From: Trichodelitschia bisporula
Lineage: Eukaryota
Direction of reading: 5' to 3'
DNA: 64,000 nucleotides
NCBI GenBank assembly: GCA_010356995.1
Contig: ML996696.1
Coordinates: forward strand, 436,364 to 500,363
Shown here: positions 22,267-34,771 of the stretch, piece after piece
Layout: every line of letters starts with the position of its first letter
Position numbering within the stretch: the stretch's first letter is position 1
The notes under the pieces: generated by a model
What the model saw: the letters and a program-made list of their open reading frames with translations, nothing else
What the model was told of the DNA's origin: nothing
Databases searched by the model: none
Made by a program: the position numbers and the translations under genes

Positions 22267-23259
22267 ATGTCTAATTCCGAGAAGGATGCTTCGACGATAA
22301 CCCGCTCTCGTCTGCTTTCGCTTCCTGCCGAACTGCGCCTTGACATTTGGGAGTTCCTCCTTGCGCCCAAAGAGCGTGAGGCGCAGTGGGTCGGCTCTGA
22401 TGTGGCGATAACAACAATCTCCCGGCAGTGCTTCCAGACTGCATATTTTGCTCCGCTTCCCTACCGACGCCTGTACGCGCGAGCGCACGAATGGTCTGAT
22501 ATCGCTTGCTCTTGCCGCGTCCATCCATTCTACCTCCTCCCGCACCTCGAGTACCTGGCACCAGCCATCCTTCGCGTCTGTCGAAGTGTCTATGTGGAGG
22601 CTCTACCTTCCCTCTACCGCCGGCGACTTTTCGTTGCGAGCACGTATCGCACGTATACCAGCCTGCATAGCAATACCAGCGACGCATGGTTTCTGATGGA
22701 TAACTTCCTAGCCACGCTCTCGGATGCCGCGAGGGCCAATATTCAGGCTGTTCGTGTTCCGATGATTCTGAGCAACTTTGAGGTCTACGGTTGCCGTGAT
22801 GCCTTCTATAGCATCTCCTCTCGGTTACAGAACTTGAAGTTGCTGGACTTGGAAGTGTCGCTAAGCACGATACGAGGGCATGTGGCGGAAGCAGACGAAG
22901 GGCATGTGGTAGAAGAAGACGAAGAGCATGTGGTGGAAGAAAATGTCGAAGAAGCAACTCAGCACTCCCCCCACTCGGTCGGTACCGGAGATGATCGAAC
23001 ATACTGGCTCGGGCCTGTCATGGCATTCGCCGATTCCAACCTGCGCGTCGTCGCCGTCGACAAACACGGTCTCAACCCCAGAGTGTTCAATAGAATAAAA
23101 ACCATGATCGAAATCGATGTCTGGAGGCAGCTACTTCCGCTCAGGACCAAACGAGATAGCAGGAGGATTTCCAGGCTCCGACGAGCGCTAGATGACTTCA
23201 TTGCCTCGCGGACGGGCGAGGATGAACTTGCAATATTTCCTTCCGCTCTTCTGGCCTAG
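22267..23259 (+). CDS. Fungal F-box-like (DUF7730-type) hypothetical protein
   Basis: Intronless ORF, first ATG at 22267. SRLLSLPAELRLDIWEFLL ... PAILRVCRSVYVEALPSLY is the split F-box-like signature of this fungal family. Contains an internal 24-nt x3 repeat (HVAEADEG/HVVEEDEE/HVVEENVE). Confidence 0.7.
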   Translation: MSNSEKDASTITRSRLLSLPAELRLDIWEFLLAPKEREAQWVGSDVAITTISRQCFQTAYFAPLPYRRLYARAHEWSDIACSCRVHPFYLLPHLEYLAPAILRVCRSVYVEALPSLYRRRLFVASTYRTYTSLHSNTSDAWFLMDNFLATLSDAARANIQAVRVPMILSNFEVYGCRDAFYSISSRLQNLKLLDLEVSLSTIRGHVAEADEGHVVEEDEEHVVEENVEEATQHSPHSVGTGDDRTYWLGPVMAFADSNLRVVAVDKHGLNPRVFNRIKTMIEIDVWRQLLPLRTKRDSRRISRLRRALDDFIASRTGEDELAIFPSALLA

Positions 23260-26231
23260 ATCAAAATTGGCCTGTCCGATTACCCGCCTTATGGTCCGCC
23301 TTGTGTCTGTGCATTTCCAAAGGCGAAGCGTCGCGTTTGGCCACGCTTTCTCTGTATAGTAATTTGTGGGGACAAGAATAGACGATGGATCGACCACCAA
23401 CTGCGCCCTCTGGCATTTCACCGGTCATCTGGAACTTTGATCCACAACGTGGATGCTACTCATACGCACTGTGGGATCCAATTTCTAAACAGAGAATGGC
23501 AGACTGTACGCGCAGACCTCTGAACCGAATCCGAACTCACCAGATGGAGTTCGAGAGAAGTTCTATTTTTGAAGGAAGGGGGCTTGCCGAAGCGCCACAA
23601 CCCCCGCCACACCATAGCAATCGCCGAGGCGCCCTTACTGGCGAGCTCAAACCAGCACTTTTAGAAGTTCCTCCATTCATTTTGCGAGGCCCGGCGCCTT
23701 TGTGATTCCTTAGTCCAAAGAGGAGTATCTATTGTCCATCAAGGGACGCGCCGTTGTTATCGCCATGTGGCTGCGCGGCCTGGGTTTCAGAAGCACGATG
23801 GGGAAGAAGCAAGCACTTTGTCAAAGGCTTACTCCTTATGGTTCCGACGTGCATTGTGTGAGGTACAGTCTCCATCATTCGACGCTTCTTCACACTACAG
23901 ATCAATTCACGCAAGTAAGTTTGTCTCTAAATATTCCTGAAGTGACATTGACAAGGCGCACCCAAAGTGCCACGCAGCGAGGCTGTATTTATGTCCATTT
24001 CGGGAAGATGCTCCACTTCGCTGACGTTGCTTTGGGAGGAGAGGCCACTGGCGGGAGACGGGCCGGTCCTAGGGAGCCGACCACATTGGATAAGCCACAA
24101 AGTATAGCTGCCGTGATGGAGTGTTGAACTCGTAAGACAGATCTTTCCGCAACTCCGACCCGGAGGGTGAATCCAACGTCAACGTGCTATGAATATCAAA
24201 TGCGAGAGTACGTACAGCCCACGGCACGGCGTAAGTCAAGCTGACCTCCCGATGATCGTTTTTATGTTTACAAATCAGTGGCCGAAAGCGAGCATTAACA
24301 ATCGAGTCTGCGTCGAGAACTTCTAAATCGGACTTTGTTGGACAGAGCAAAGAAGCTGAAGAACTTAAGTCCGGTGATTGGTGGCGACTTGATTGAAGGA
24401 TGCCTACTGGTACCTAGTTCTCCGTTGATGGCTAAACCCGACAGCCTGGTTCACTTGACTTGGTTTGGCCATGGAGTTTTGATCCTCACCTATCCTAACT
24501 CCGATAGACTCTTCGACAAAGTCCTTTGCTTTCAGCTCCAAATCTCGGTCCGAGTAGATAGGGATTATATGACTCCATAGGTCGATCCGGGGTTGCTCGA
24601 AAGGAAAGCGCCGGCAGTTCCCCGGTCAGATATCACACCCTGCCCACATTTGGGATCCCTGTAGCCAGTCTGTGAAGGTAAGCTGCACAATGATGGTCTC
24701 GGTTCTCATCCGGTTGACCGTTTCAATGGCAAAACGTCGCTACTCCACTAGTCTCAACAGCCACAAGGCCGTTTTGCTGAATTAGGATGTTGAAGAGCGG
24801 TCTTCACTGGTTCCCGCCACCACCCCTTTCTCATCAAATGACGCCGAAACGTGAGGACCATTTGCCGAGCCGGAAAAGTTTTGGCCCCCAGACTTTTGCA
24901 GTCAATGCTTCGTGGAAGCCGACGAGCGACACTAAAAAACGGTCGACTGACGACGCATGACTGACGAAGCACGAACCTATCCCGAGAGGTTCCATCTTGA
25001 GCTTGGCCCTGCTCGCCAAGGAAGAGTTAATTTCAAAGCGCATTTTGAGTTGGGCCGTTGGCGTTTCTGGCGGCGGCATCGTTGAGTTGCTGCTACTCAT
25101 AGACCACAGGCTGAATGCTGACAACAACATGATCTTTTTCAGTCTCGAGAAGCAGAAGATTTAGATGGCCAAACGGTGGCAGTGATGGTTCGAAGTAAAT
25201 TCACAATTCCGCACTAATTTGCTTCACAGCCGACGAAACTGCGCATTTGAAATTACGACGCCATGCATTTCGCTTCTATCCTAGGATCTTTCCTACTGGC
25301 TGCTGCGGTCAGTGGCTGTGAGTTAAGCGGCCAAATTACCTCCCTAAAGCGACAAGGGTAAATGCTGGAAGGAGGCCATTTTGCTCCGACCCCGCTGACT
25401 GTTCTTCCCGGAATCGCAAGCTTCGAGATGATCCGCAAGCAACCTTTGCCCAGTGAGCCGGCGCGGAAGCTATGGAGTTGGCGCGTCGCTGATGTCCGAT
25501 GCCTCTAGACCCTCCCTCGACGCTTGATCAACATGTCTTTGGGGTCTAACCCGGATATCCCAGCGTACTGTCCAGCACATCTCATCCGGAGTGCATTAAG
25601 GCTTCATCTGCTGGCATGTCGGCCATGCTTCGGCGCCGACCTCTGTATGCTCTGTGAGGTACTGTCCTGTACCGAAGCGAGCCACTCAAATGGATGTCAC
25701 AGCCGGCGAGCTTGCTTGAAGATGCGCACGTCAATTTAAAGTCTTCCATTTCTATATTGGGCATAATTTTGTAACGAACTTCGCCAGGTCTGACTGACGG
25801 GTCCAGGATAGCACGACCAATCCAACCGTTCAAAGAGAGGCTTGTGGGGGGGGGGGGTGGAGGGAGCAGTGGGGGGGTGGTCCGCAAAGCAAACTCAGCC
25901 ACTGTCTTCCCGCTCTTCCAGTACATCCAGCCTGCTGTCTGGGATAGGATAGCGCTTTGCAGGGCAGGTACATACGCAACCCCGTGCTCAGCCTTAAGGT
26001 TCATCAATGGCCGTTAGATTTAATTCCCCACCCTGCCTCACACTGTCTCTGATCGGTATCCACACCATCATCACCATCTACGAGCTCTCATTAACTATTT
26101 TGAGAATCATATATCCACCTTGACTCGGTCCCTTATACTTAACCCTCCCACTTCTCTGTCACACAGCAACCCCCACATCCTCAACCACCTCCTCTCATCC
26201 CCTCGCCTCCATTTCTACATCAGCAACAGCA

Positions 26232-27086
26232 ATGGCTCAGTCCCTAGTGCACAGACGATCCTGCGATTACCCCCACCCGCAGCATGCGCTCGAGTCCGAG
26301 TTCCCTCCCTTCCTCTACGCATCCGACTCTCTGCCAGTGTTCTCCGCGCCCCTTCAGTTTTCCTCCTCATGGCATGGGTCCACACCGATGACCTCCATGG
26401 CATATGATGATCAAAGCTACACCATCTTCTCCGAACCTCAACAGATTGCCCCGCTGCACGAGCACTCTCTGCAAAGCTTCAATGATTACAACTTCCGCCC
26501 CGCCGTCCAGCCTTTCCATATTCCTTCAGAATACGTCGGCACACCCGCGCCATCCCTTTCAATCCCCAACGTCCTTTCCTCGCGACCGTCGCGCGCGCAT
26601 TCCACTACCTCCGCAGCATCCTTCGGCACGCAACCGCTCTCGAGCCCCGAACCAGAACGGAACGCTAATTCGCGGTTATCCTCGCCTGGGAACGATGACA
26701 TCAGCGCATACGGCCATCGCAATCCTCAAGGCACTCTGAGCTGCTCCTATCCCGGCTGCAAATCTCGCGCTTCCTTCCCGCGTCCATGCGATCTCCGGAA
26801 GCACTACAAGAGACACTCCAAGGCCTACTTCTGTCGGCACTACCCCACCTGCAAGCAGGGCTTCTCCAGCAAGAAGGATCTTGCGCGCCACGAGGCGAAG
26901 CATAACCCGGCTGTCAAGTGCGAGTGGGAAGGTTGCGACAGGATGTTCAGCCGAGTTGACAATATGGTAAGCTTTGCGCCGTATCTCCTATATTCAGGAA
27001 GCTAATATCTTTTGCAGCGCGATCACGTCAAGCGCATCCACAAGAAGTCCGTGGTCCGAAGAGGATCCCCTGCGCAAAGCGTATGA
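26232..27086 (+). CDS. C2H2 zinc-finger transcription factor (3 fingers), 267 aa
   Basis: Exons 26232-26966 and 27018-27086 (intron GTAAGC..GCTAAT..CAG). Fingers CSYPGC..DLRKHYKRH, CRHYPTC..DLARHEAKH, CEWEGC..FSRVDNM|RDHVKRIH; the third is completed only after splicing. Confidence 0.9.
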
Positions 27087-27310
27087 TGGCATAGTGTCTT
27101 GTAAAAAGTGGGCGCTGTATTTGCGGGACACCCGCTGTTGATGTTGCTACGATTTTTACGATGGGGATGTCCGCTCTGGCTAGAAAGGACACGTTTTGGC
27201 GTTTAACTTTCGTTTGAAAAGGGTTGGGTTTTTGGACATCTGTTGATACCACTGCGGGGGACCGGGATTTTGACATATGGGTTTGGCTACGCCTTCAGCA
27301 GTCTTAGATC

Positions 27311-29080
27311 CGACCTCATGAGGTCGCTTTTCAAACCACAGTCGCTGCTGTGACTATCTCTCAACAATGAAGTCGAATCTGCAGCTCTGCAGCTCCGCAG
27401 CTTTGCAGCTCACGTACAGTGCCTCGGTGTCGTTCTACACACAAGTGGGGCAACACGCGAGCGGTTCGCGTATTCTAGCTTAGAACAAGAGCTCTGGCCC
27501 CACTCCACAACTGCTTATGCAAGACTAGTTTTCCGGTCAACATGCAGTCGAGCCGAATTCTTGCGCAGGGCGCGTCAAGTGGCCGCTAATCCCAAAATCG
27601 GCTGTTAATTTAGCCGATGGCTATCGTGGTGGGGTTGCACTGGGGGCTGAAGAGAGGAAGAGAATCTTGGTGCTGCATCTCCAGGACACAAACAGCACCC
27701 ATGTCCAGTCCCTCTCGACCATCTGTCCAATACCATGCCGTCGCTTACGCCCAGAAACGATCGGCTAGGCCATTACGGCATAACCAACAATCCGTCGGCT
27801 GAACTTGCGCCGCGGCTGCGGCGCACACCAAGTCGATGATACGCCCACACCCCGAAAACCAACGTCTGATCCTCTGATCCCGTCATGGATCACTTGGACG
27901 GATTAGGTGTATTTTGCGGTGTATCAATCCGACGGACACTCGCGCACCGCCGTGCGGGCGGGACCCGCGAACAGACGCGAAGTAACGCCGGTCCGTGGGT
28001 GGCTTACCGTAGGGTTTGTTGCTGACCGCACTCTCCCCGCCAGAAGCCCGCACCACGCAGGTACTCCTTGCGGTATATCATCGGTGAAGAGTCCCGCATT
28101 TTCCAGCGGAAATTCCGCCTCCCCGCCCCCGGCACCCCACAGTCATGCATGGGGTCCGCCGCCCCCACCGACGTGGTGCGTTTCCACGCTGCTCCGGGAT
28201 GATGCTGCCCACCCTTCAATTCCGCCTACCTTGTCGCGCCAGACACGGCTCTGCCGTCACATAAGAGTCCTCTCATGGAACAATGCGGTCTTGCCGTGCT
28301 TATCCTTTACCTGTTCGACTCTTCGTGTGCTGTTGCGCAGAATCGGTGAAGAAGACCCACTCATCCCCACATCCCACATTTCTGCGGTTACGTCCGAAAT
28401 CCGTTGTCCACGCTTGGCACACATTGCACCCTAGCCTGCTCATTATCAAGCAAGCATCCATAGTGGCTTCTTCCACATTCAACCTCCTGCGCCCGGACCA
28501 GACAGCCGAAAGACGGTACAAGGAGCACCCCAAGAAGAAAAGTAAAGCAAAGTGGCCCAACGACTCGGCTCACGAAGGGAGGAAAAAGGGGAGAACAGCC
28601 CAGTTGACAAGGGAGGAGAAGACACAAGAGACGCCCGCAGTCCGGATTCTGCTCGGGGCAGTCTACCCGTTCCCCGTGACCTAACGTAATCCTTGCCTAT
28701 TCTTGAAGTGTCGTCTTGTTAAGCATGTCTAAAAATGTCCAGCCCACCGGGCGCTTGGACCGTTTTGGAACTCTGGCACTTGCTGCCTTGGAATGCGGGC
28801 GGCGAGCCTGACGCGTGCCTGACAGCCCCGCGACGGTTCCACCCGGCTTTCGCCGTTAGGGCATGCACGTGCGCGCCACTTCGGAACCCGAGCCGAGCCT
28901 ATCACGAGCGGGCCCCCCGCCGGGGTGGGGGTACCTCGCGCCGGGGACCTGGGACAAAAGGTGGGGGAAATGTGGATACGAGGGGCAACGGGGGGGGGGC
29001 TGAGACAAGGGAGCCGCGTGCAGGAACGTGTTTCAAGTATATTTGGCTGCCGTTGAGGGATGATCAAGGTTTTATTTAAA
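27311..29080 (-). ncRNA. Candidate long structured non-coding RNA (unassigned)
   Basis: ORF-less segment between convergent genes with a TATA-like TTTAAATAAAA (29080-29070), a pyrimidine leader, three GNRA-capped hairpins and several stems that need G-U pairs available only on the minus strand. Found by eye only; see findings. Confidence 0.3.
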
Positions 29081-29809
29081 CTATTCTCGAAGCGCTTTTT
29101 TCACGAGGTGATCGTCGAGTATCATTTGCGTGGGAACCTATTTGTGGGCTTCACAGCCTCCATCGCATATGCGATGGTGAAACGGATGTGATTGTGGCAC
29201 TCTCGATTTCATTTCATCAGGCTGAGCTGAGAAGGCTCGCTCCGCCTCAAAATACCATTTAACGGAGGCCCACCGCTTCATTTGGAATCGCTTTTCTGAA
29301 GTGAAGTTTGACATGTCGGTGCTCTCTGCCCAAGTCGGTCTCGGTATTTTGGGATTGTGGGGTCCGTAGCTCAATGCAGTCCACAGCCAGAATGGCTGGA
29401 GCACATCACGAATTGGAGCCGGAACACATCCCGATATTGTGGAACCCATGTTTGTCGCCCCGGTACTTCAGATAATGCGCGAATGATCCCAGTGTCAACA
29501 TGAGGCCCGGCATGATTGCACACGAAACTTGCATCCTTTGGAATTGATAGCACATATGGTACATTTGGACTTCCATTGGGAGACTTCAACTGACACTTAC
29601 TACTACATTAGTGATCCATAAAGCCTGCTATACTCTTGGTATCCTATGTCAGCTTGACGCTCTTCACATGGGACGATAGACACGATACCTTATTATGTTA
29701 GCCGCTGGGCCATCCCAATACGGGGACTTTTCAGGGATCCTACCCAATGAAAACCTGGAACTGACTGAGAATAGGTTCTGCAGTGTGGCGGCCCAACGCT
29801 TCAAGCACA

Positions 29810-32400
29810 CTAGCGCTTTAGAGAGAAAAGACCGCCTTGATTGACGAGGATCTCATCCCCGATCATTGTAACCAAAAGATGTCCCAGCTCGTCAGCGTCA
29901 AAGGTGAAAGTCGGGAGAACCACCTTGAGCATCATGTGGATGCGCTCAATGGGCAAACCACCATGGTTCGTCAGCATGGCGAGGATCATCTGGCGATGGA
30001 CCGGCGTATCCACATTGGGCTTCTCTTCCTCGGGCTCAGCGGGCTGGACAGACTGGACAGGCTGCGACGGACCCAGGTTACCGTAGTCGTTCAAAGATTC
30101 AATGACAGTGAACGTGCCATTGCGTTCGTAAAGGACATTCTTTGCGGCCCAGAAGGTGAGAGCCGCACGGACGAAGAACGGTTTCATGCTGAGGTCCTCG
30201 GCAAGCTGCTCAACCGTATACGACACAGGAGCCGTGCTGTTAGTAGATCCGAAGGCGTTGATGACCGTCGCATTCCAAGTCGGCACTTCTTCTTCGACGC
30301 GCCGGTCCTTGAGCTCAAGCTCCACGGTTACACGACCCAGGGCTGGCAGCCACTTCAGTCGACGGTTCGGCTTGACCTTCTTGAAGCCCTGCTCGAAGCC
30401 TTTGCAGAGGCGGTCGACGGGCTGAGGAATATCAAAGACTTCCTGGAGCAACTGCGGCCAGAAGAAGGAGGAGACGATGTGAGTCTTAAATCGAGGCCTG
30501 CCTGGAGTGGACCGAGAAGCCGCGCGATACGCCTCAGTCCTCACAATCGGCCAGGTCAGTTTGCGTGAGGTTTCCATGTCTTTGAGCATAACTTCGCAGG
30601 CCTGAAGCTTGTCGGCACCGAAGCGAGCTGTGAATAGCTTCAAAAGCCGGGTTTCGTTGATAAACTGGCCGCCTTCGACGCGCAACAGATGCTCTCCCAG
30701 GATACTCTTCACCTCGTCGATGAAGACCTCTCGCTCGCAGAGACCCAGAAGATGCATGATTACGTCCTCACTCGCCGGCTTTTTGTAGTCGGGGGTTGCG
30801 TCGATTGGATCTGGCATCCAGGTCATATTGTCCCAGTCCACATCTTCGACTGGTGCTATTGCCACCGTCTCAAGCTCCAGTGAATTGATTTCGCGAGCGA
30901 TCTCTGAAGACATGGTCGGAGTAGACTCCAGAGGGGCTCCGTGGTTGACTTCAGCAAGCAGACTCCAGATGATAACCCTAGCGGCATCGTTGCGATCCCG
31001 AACATATCGACGAACGGGGCGGGTGATCCTGTCCAGCAGTACCCCTTTGGGATCCAGGACTTTGAACGCTCGAACGATGTAGATGTACACGTCGAGAATA
31101 CGTGTAGTTGCAGTCCCCGCATGAAGCAGTCTCGTAGAGAGCTGCTGTGAGAAGCTCGCCGTCAACTGGCTACGCGTTGCAGGTGTAGCAATATAGTCCT
31201 GAAAATTTCAGCCAGAAGTCTAAAAGGATGTCCGATATGAAACGTACCTTAATATCCATCAGACCGCCTGTGGAGACGTCCAAGTGGGTGATGAAGTCGA
31301 ACAAAGACTTCACACGAGCCTTTCCCAGTCTAGCGACAGCCATTTCATGCCATTTCACAATCTCCTGGTCTGTTTCCGAAACGATGTTGCTGCCGTCAGC
31401 CATGTTCACCAATACTTGCTTCATGAAGGTTGGGAAGGCCCCCTCGATCCACCGTATGAGCGCAGGGGTCATATGTCGCTGTCCGTACGGGTCACTCTCG
31501 ACCCACTGCCCAATGACGAATTCACCCATCAACTTGTCCATAGCTCTGGCGAATGCAACCTGAGCTCCTCTTCCGGCGAGACCAACTTCTCTGAGACCAT
31601 GAACTAGCTCTGACATGTGCTGGAAGGACTCATTGCGGACAGGGTCGTAGTCCGAGAGCAATGGCTGACCATGGTCTCTAAACGTTCGAAATACTTCGCA
31701 GCCTGTGGAGTACATAACGAAGCCGAGGGCATCGTATATGCGCTTTGTTGGCAGATGGTGAGAGAAAATAGCATGCAGACGGTTCTCGACTTTCTGTCGT
31801 GCATCGTTGGTGCTCATGTAAGTATCCATGATTGGAAACACGTGGATGAGAAGTGGATACATGTACAGATCTTTCGCAGCAGTGAGGATGGTGACTGTGC
31901 GTTTGAGAACGGTGAAGGCTTCACCACATGGAACGTTCTGTTCTATCGTAAGTGACGGATGGACTTTCATATTTGGGAACGTACGAGCTGCCATTCAGAC
32001 TCCAGAATTGGACGAATTACTGTGACGAAGTGCCGCTTCACTTCGAAACAATACCACTCGATCTAGGGAAGGTTAGCCACGAAGAGGAAAAAAGGAAATA
32101 ATATACCAGATTCCCTTCATCCTGATTGCTACCAAGCCCGTGCGACGTTAGGGTTTGGAGGGCAGCCTCAAAGTCTGGAAAGCGGTCGCTGTTCCATCTA
32201 GCGGCATAGCCCAGTGATTCAACGGCGCCCAGACTGATGTCCCCAAGTTCGAGAAACCGAGTGGCCGTGCTCCAGGCGTCCATGTACTCAGCCTGGGCAG
32301 ATGGCGAGCCGATCGATTCAGGCGAAGGGCGCAACTCGAATGACGGAGGAAAGACGGACTGAAAGATGGTCTGCTCCATATTGCGGACGTGTTCGCCCAT
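29810..32400 (-). CDS. APC2: Anaphase-promoting complex subunit 2 (cullin-homology domain plus C-terminal winged helix), ~816 aa
   Basis: Exons 32400-32107, 32062-31985, 31937-31248, 31198-29810. RLLHAGTATTRILDVYI..LDPKGVLLDR, WMPDPIDA, RFG..LQACEVMLKDM, SSFFWPQL, RRLKWLPALGRVTVELEL.DR, MLTNHGGLPIERIHMMLK. The start could instead be the next ATG (MEQTIF). Confidence 0.9.
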
Positions 32401-34771
32401 GTTGGCGTGAAGACCGAAACTGTGACCCAAATTCGAAGAGAAAATGTATTGAGCGGGAGATTATTCAAAGGCGAAGCGGATGCCGAAGGAGGGGGGATTG
32501 ATATGTGGGGTACTGAACAGTCGCGCCTTTCGCGTGAGACGTACAGGTAACGTGATCAGTGAACGCGAGCCTTACACGACTCCCGTGCTCGCTGGTCAAG
32601 GGTCACCCGGAAAAATTGTGGCCGCCCTCCATGGATATTTTGCGGACAGGGGCGGCCACGACCTTTTCGGATAGCTCTGGGCCCACACGGCCTTGGCCCA
32701 TGGCCCCGCAAAGCGTGAATCGGGACAGTTTTAATCCATAGATCTGCCGTACAGTACGGTACGGTACTTCCCCGCTGGCTCCACCAGCAGGGGAATGCAT
32801 GCAGGCACGATCGGACAACAACCGCCAAAAGCACGCTCCATCGACGTCATTCGCCCATTAGCCGCTCCTGAGCACAAGCTGACGCCGGGCATCAGTACTG
32901 TACACACGGCACACGCCAACAGAAAGGAACTTGGGGAATACGGATGTACAGAATAAACTGATCAAGGCGCTTTAATTTGATGCCATTCCCTTCGGCTGCC
33001 CCCTCCCCCCATGAGACGCCTACTTACCCACTAACTCTGCTTCGATCTTTCGGAATGCCCTTTCAGGAAATTATCCTTCCGTCTCTGGCCATTTCTTACT
33101 TCTGAAATCCGTAGAATTCAACCTAGTCGCTCGCGCTAGCCTGCCGCTCACACCCAGAATTTTCTGCCTTAGATTCGTCAAACATCGAGAGAGAGTCGCG
33201 AGACTGGAAGACTTCTAAGGGTAGGGCAAGCACTATGAAGTGAGCATTCATAGGCACTGACGCCACTGCTTCATCCGGCTCGGTTTTGTGGGCTAGTGGA
33301 GTTTACGAATGGAAATTATGGCGCCTCGCAGCTCGGATATGGCCTAAGGGTTGTCCTCGCTGCGCAGGAAGATGCATCAGATCTCGTTGACAAACGCCTT
33401 TATCACGGGACTGGACGGCCGTTACTGAGTACCCAAACGGGAAAAGCCCCGCAAAGTCGACGCACCTGACAGCAGTATGTAGTATCGATAGAGACCCAAC
33501 AGCCAACGTAACACTTTCAGAACGGACCATATAGGCCTTGCACTTGATCGTTAGGATTCGGTGGAGCCATTCCTGCAGCTTTCGTGTCGGCATTGGTCGG
33601 GTTTGCGTGAAAGTCCGGATATATGAACCTTGGTAGACAGGAAGGTTGAAAAATGGGAAATATACTTAGTTTTACAGGCCGCTCCTCGGCCTCACATCAG
33701 GCGATCTGACGGACAAACGGTAAGCACCAAACGCTGGCTCGCCGCCATCGGCACCGTTTGTAAACAATTCGTACTGATATCTCACCCCAATGGTGCCAAC
33801 GAGATTGCACCGGCATGGCCCGGCCGTCGGTGCACCATGACCTTACGGGGTTTGGTCGAAATTAGAAGCTTCGATGACTCGCAAGCCAGAGACACCTACC
33901 AGAAGGTTAGTGCGAAGGCATAACAACCGAGCCAATACCTACCTGTATTTATTTACTTCCAGAGGTGCGGCTCCACGACTTTCTATATGCAGTGATGTGC
34001 TACTCAGCGATTACCGGCGAGATATCGACTGCTTTGACCTCGTGTCTTAGCCGGTGAAGCTGTCGGAAGATGCGATGGGAAAGCAGTACCGGGGTCTTAT
34101 TTCGAATCAAGAGCCAATCTTCGGGAGCCAATATATCATCTTTAACAAGTTCCGGGTGGAAGCGAAGAAAGTTGCTCATCGCAGCCGACTGACTTTCGAA
34201 ACAGGGACAGCTTCGACTGGGTAGGTTGTCGAACGAATTTGATTCAGCGGTGGGATCCATGATTCACCCTCGGCATGTATGGCGTAAAAAATAGCGGAGC
34301 GCTTTGTTAGTGCGAATATGTGATGGTTCGGACATTGAAGTCTAATCGAGCGAAAGGCTTCAGTAATTATCAAGACAAATGTTGTATGCCATTGAATGTC
34401 CGGGGGGACGACAGCATCATGTGTAATCGATTCAGGGCTGTGTGCCTTGCAGCCTGGCGTGGCTGGGCCTGTCGGACTAACGACGGCGCGGGAGTTGCTG
34501 GGCATCGGAATGCACGGTTCGAAGATCGACCACAGACCACCCCCATCCGCATCAACAACCACCCACCACCCACCACCCCAGCCTCCACACTTGGCTGTTG
34601 TTCACAACCGCTGCAACTGCCCACGCCGTCGCCATCCACCACCAGCACTTCTAGATCCGAAAGCTTATACAGGCCAGACTCTTGATGCGCTTCAAGTTCC
34701 GAGATCCGCCATCGTGCTCCCTGTTATGAGCACAGTTCATCAGTTCCTGTTGATCGGGATCCTGGTCCACG

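Noticed and set aside
23300..26200. Possible gene or pseudogene between the F-box-like and C2H2 genes
   Set aside because: Only short ORFs without motifs or coherent splice signals.
28010..28861. Firm telomerase RNA call for the structured interval
   Set aside because: No 8-9 nt or longer TTAGGG template, no clear U/A-rich triple-helix pseudoknot or canonical P6.1 loop found by eye; kept only as a hypothesis.
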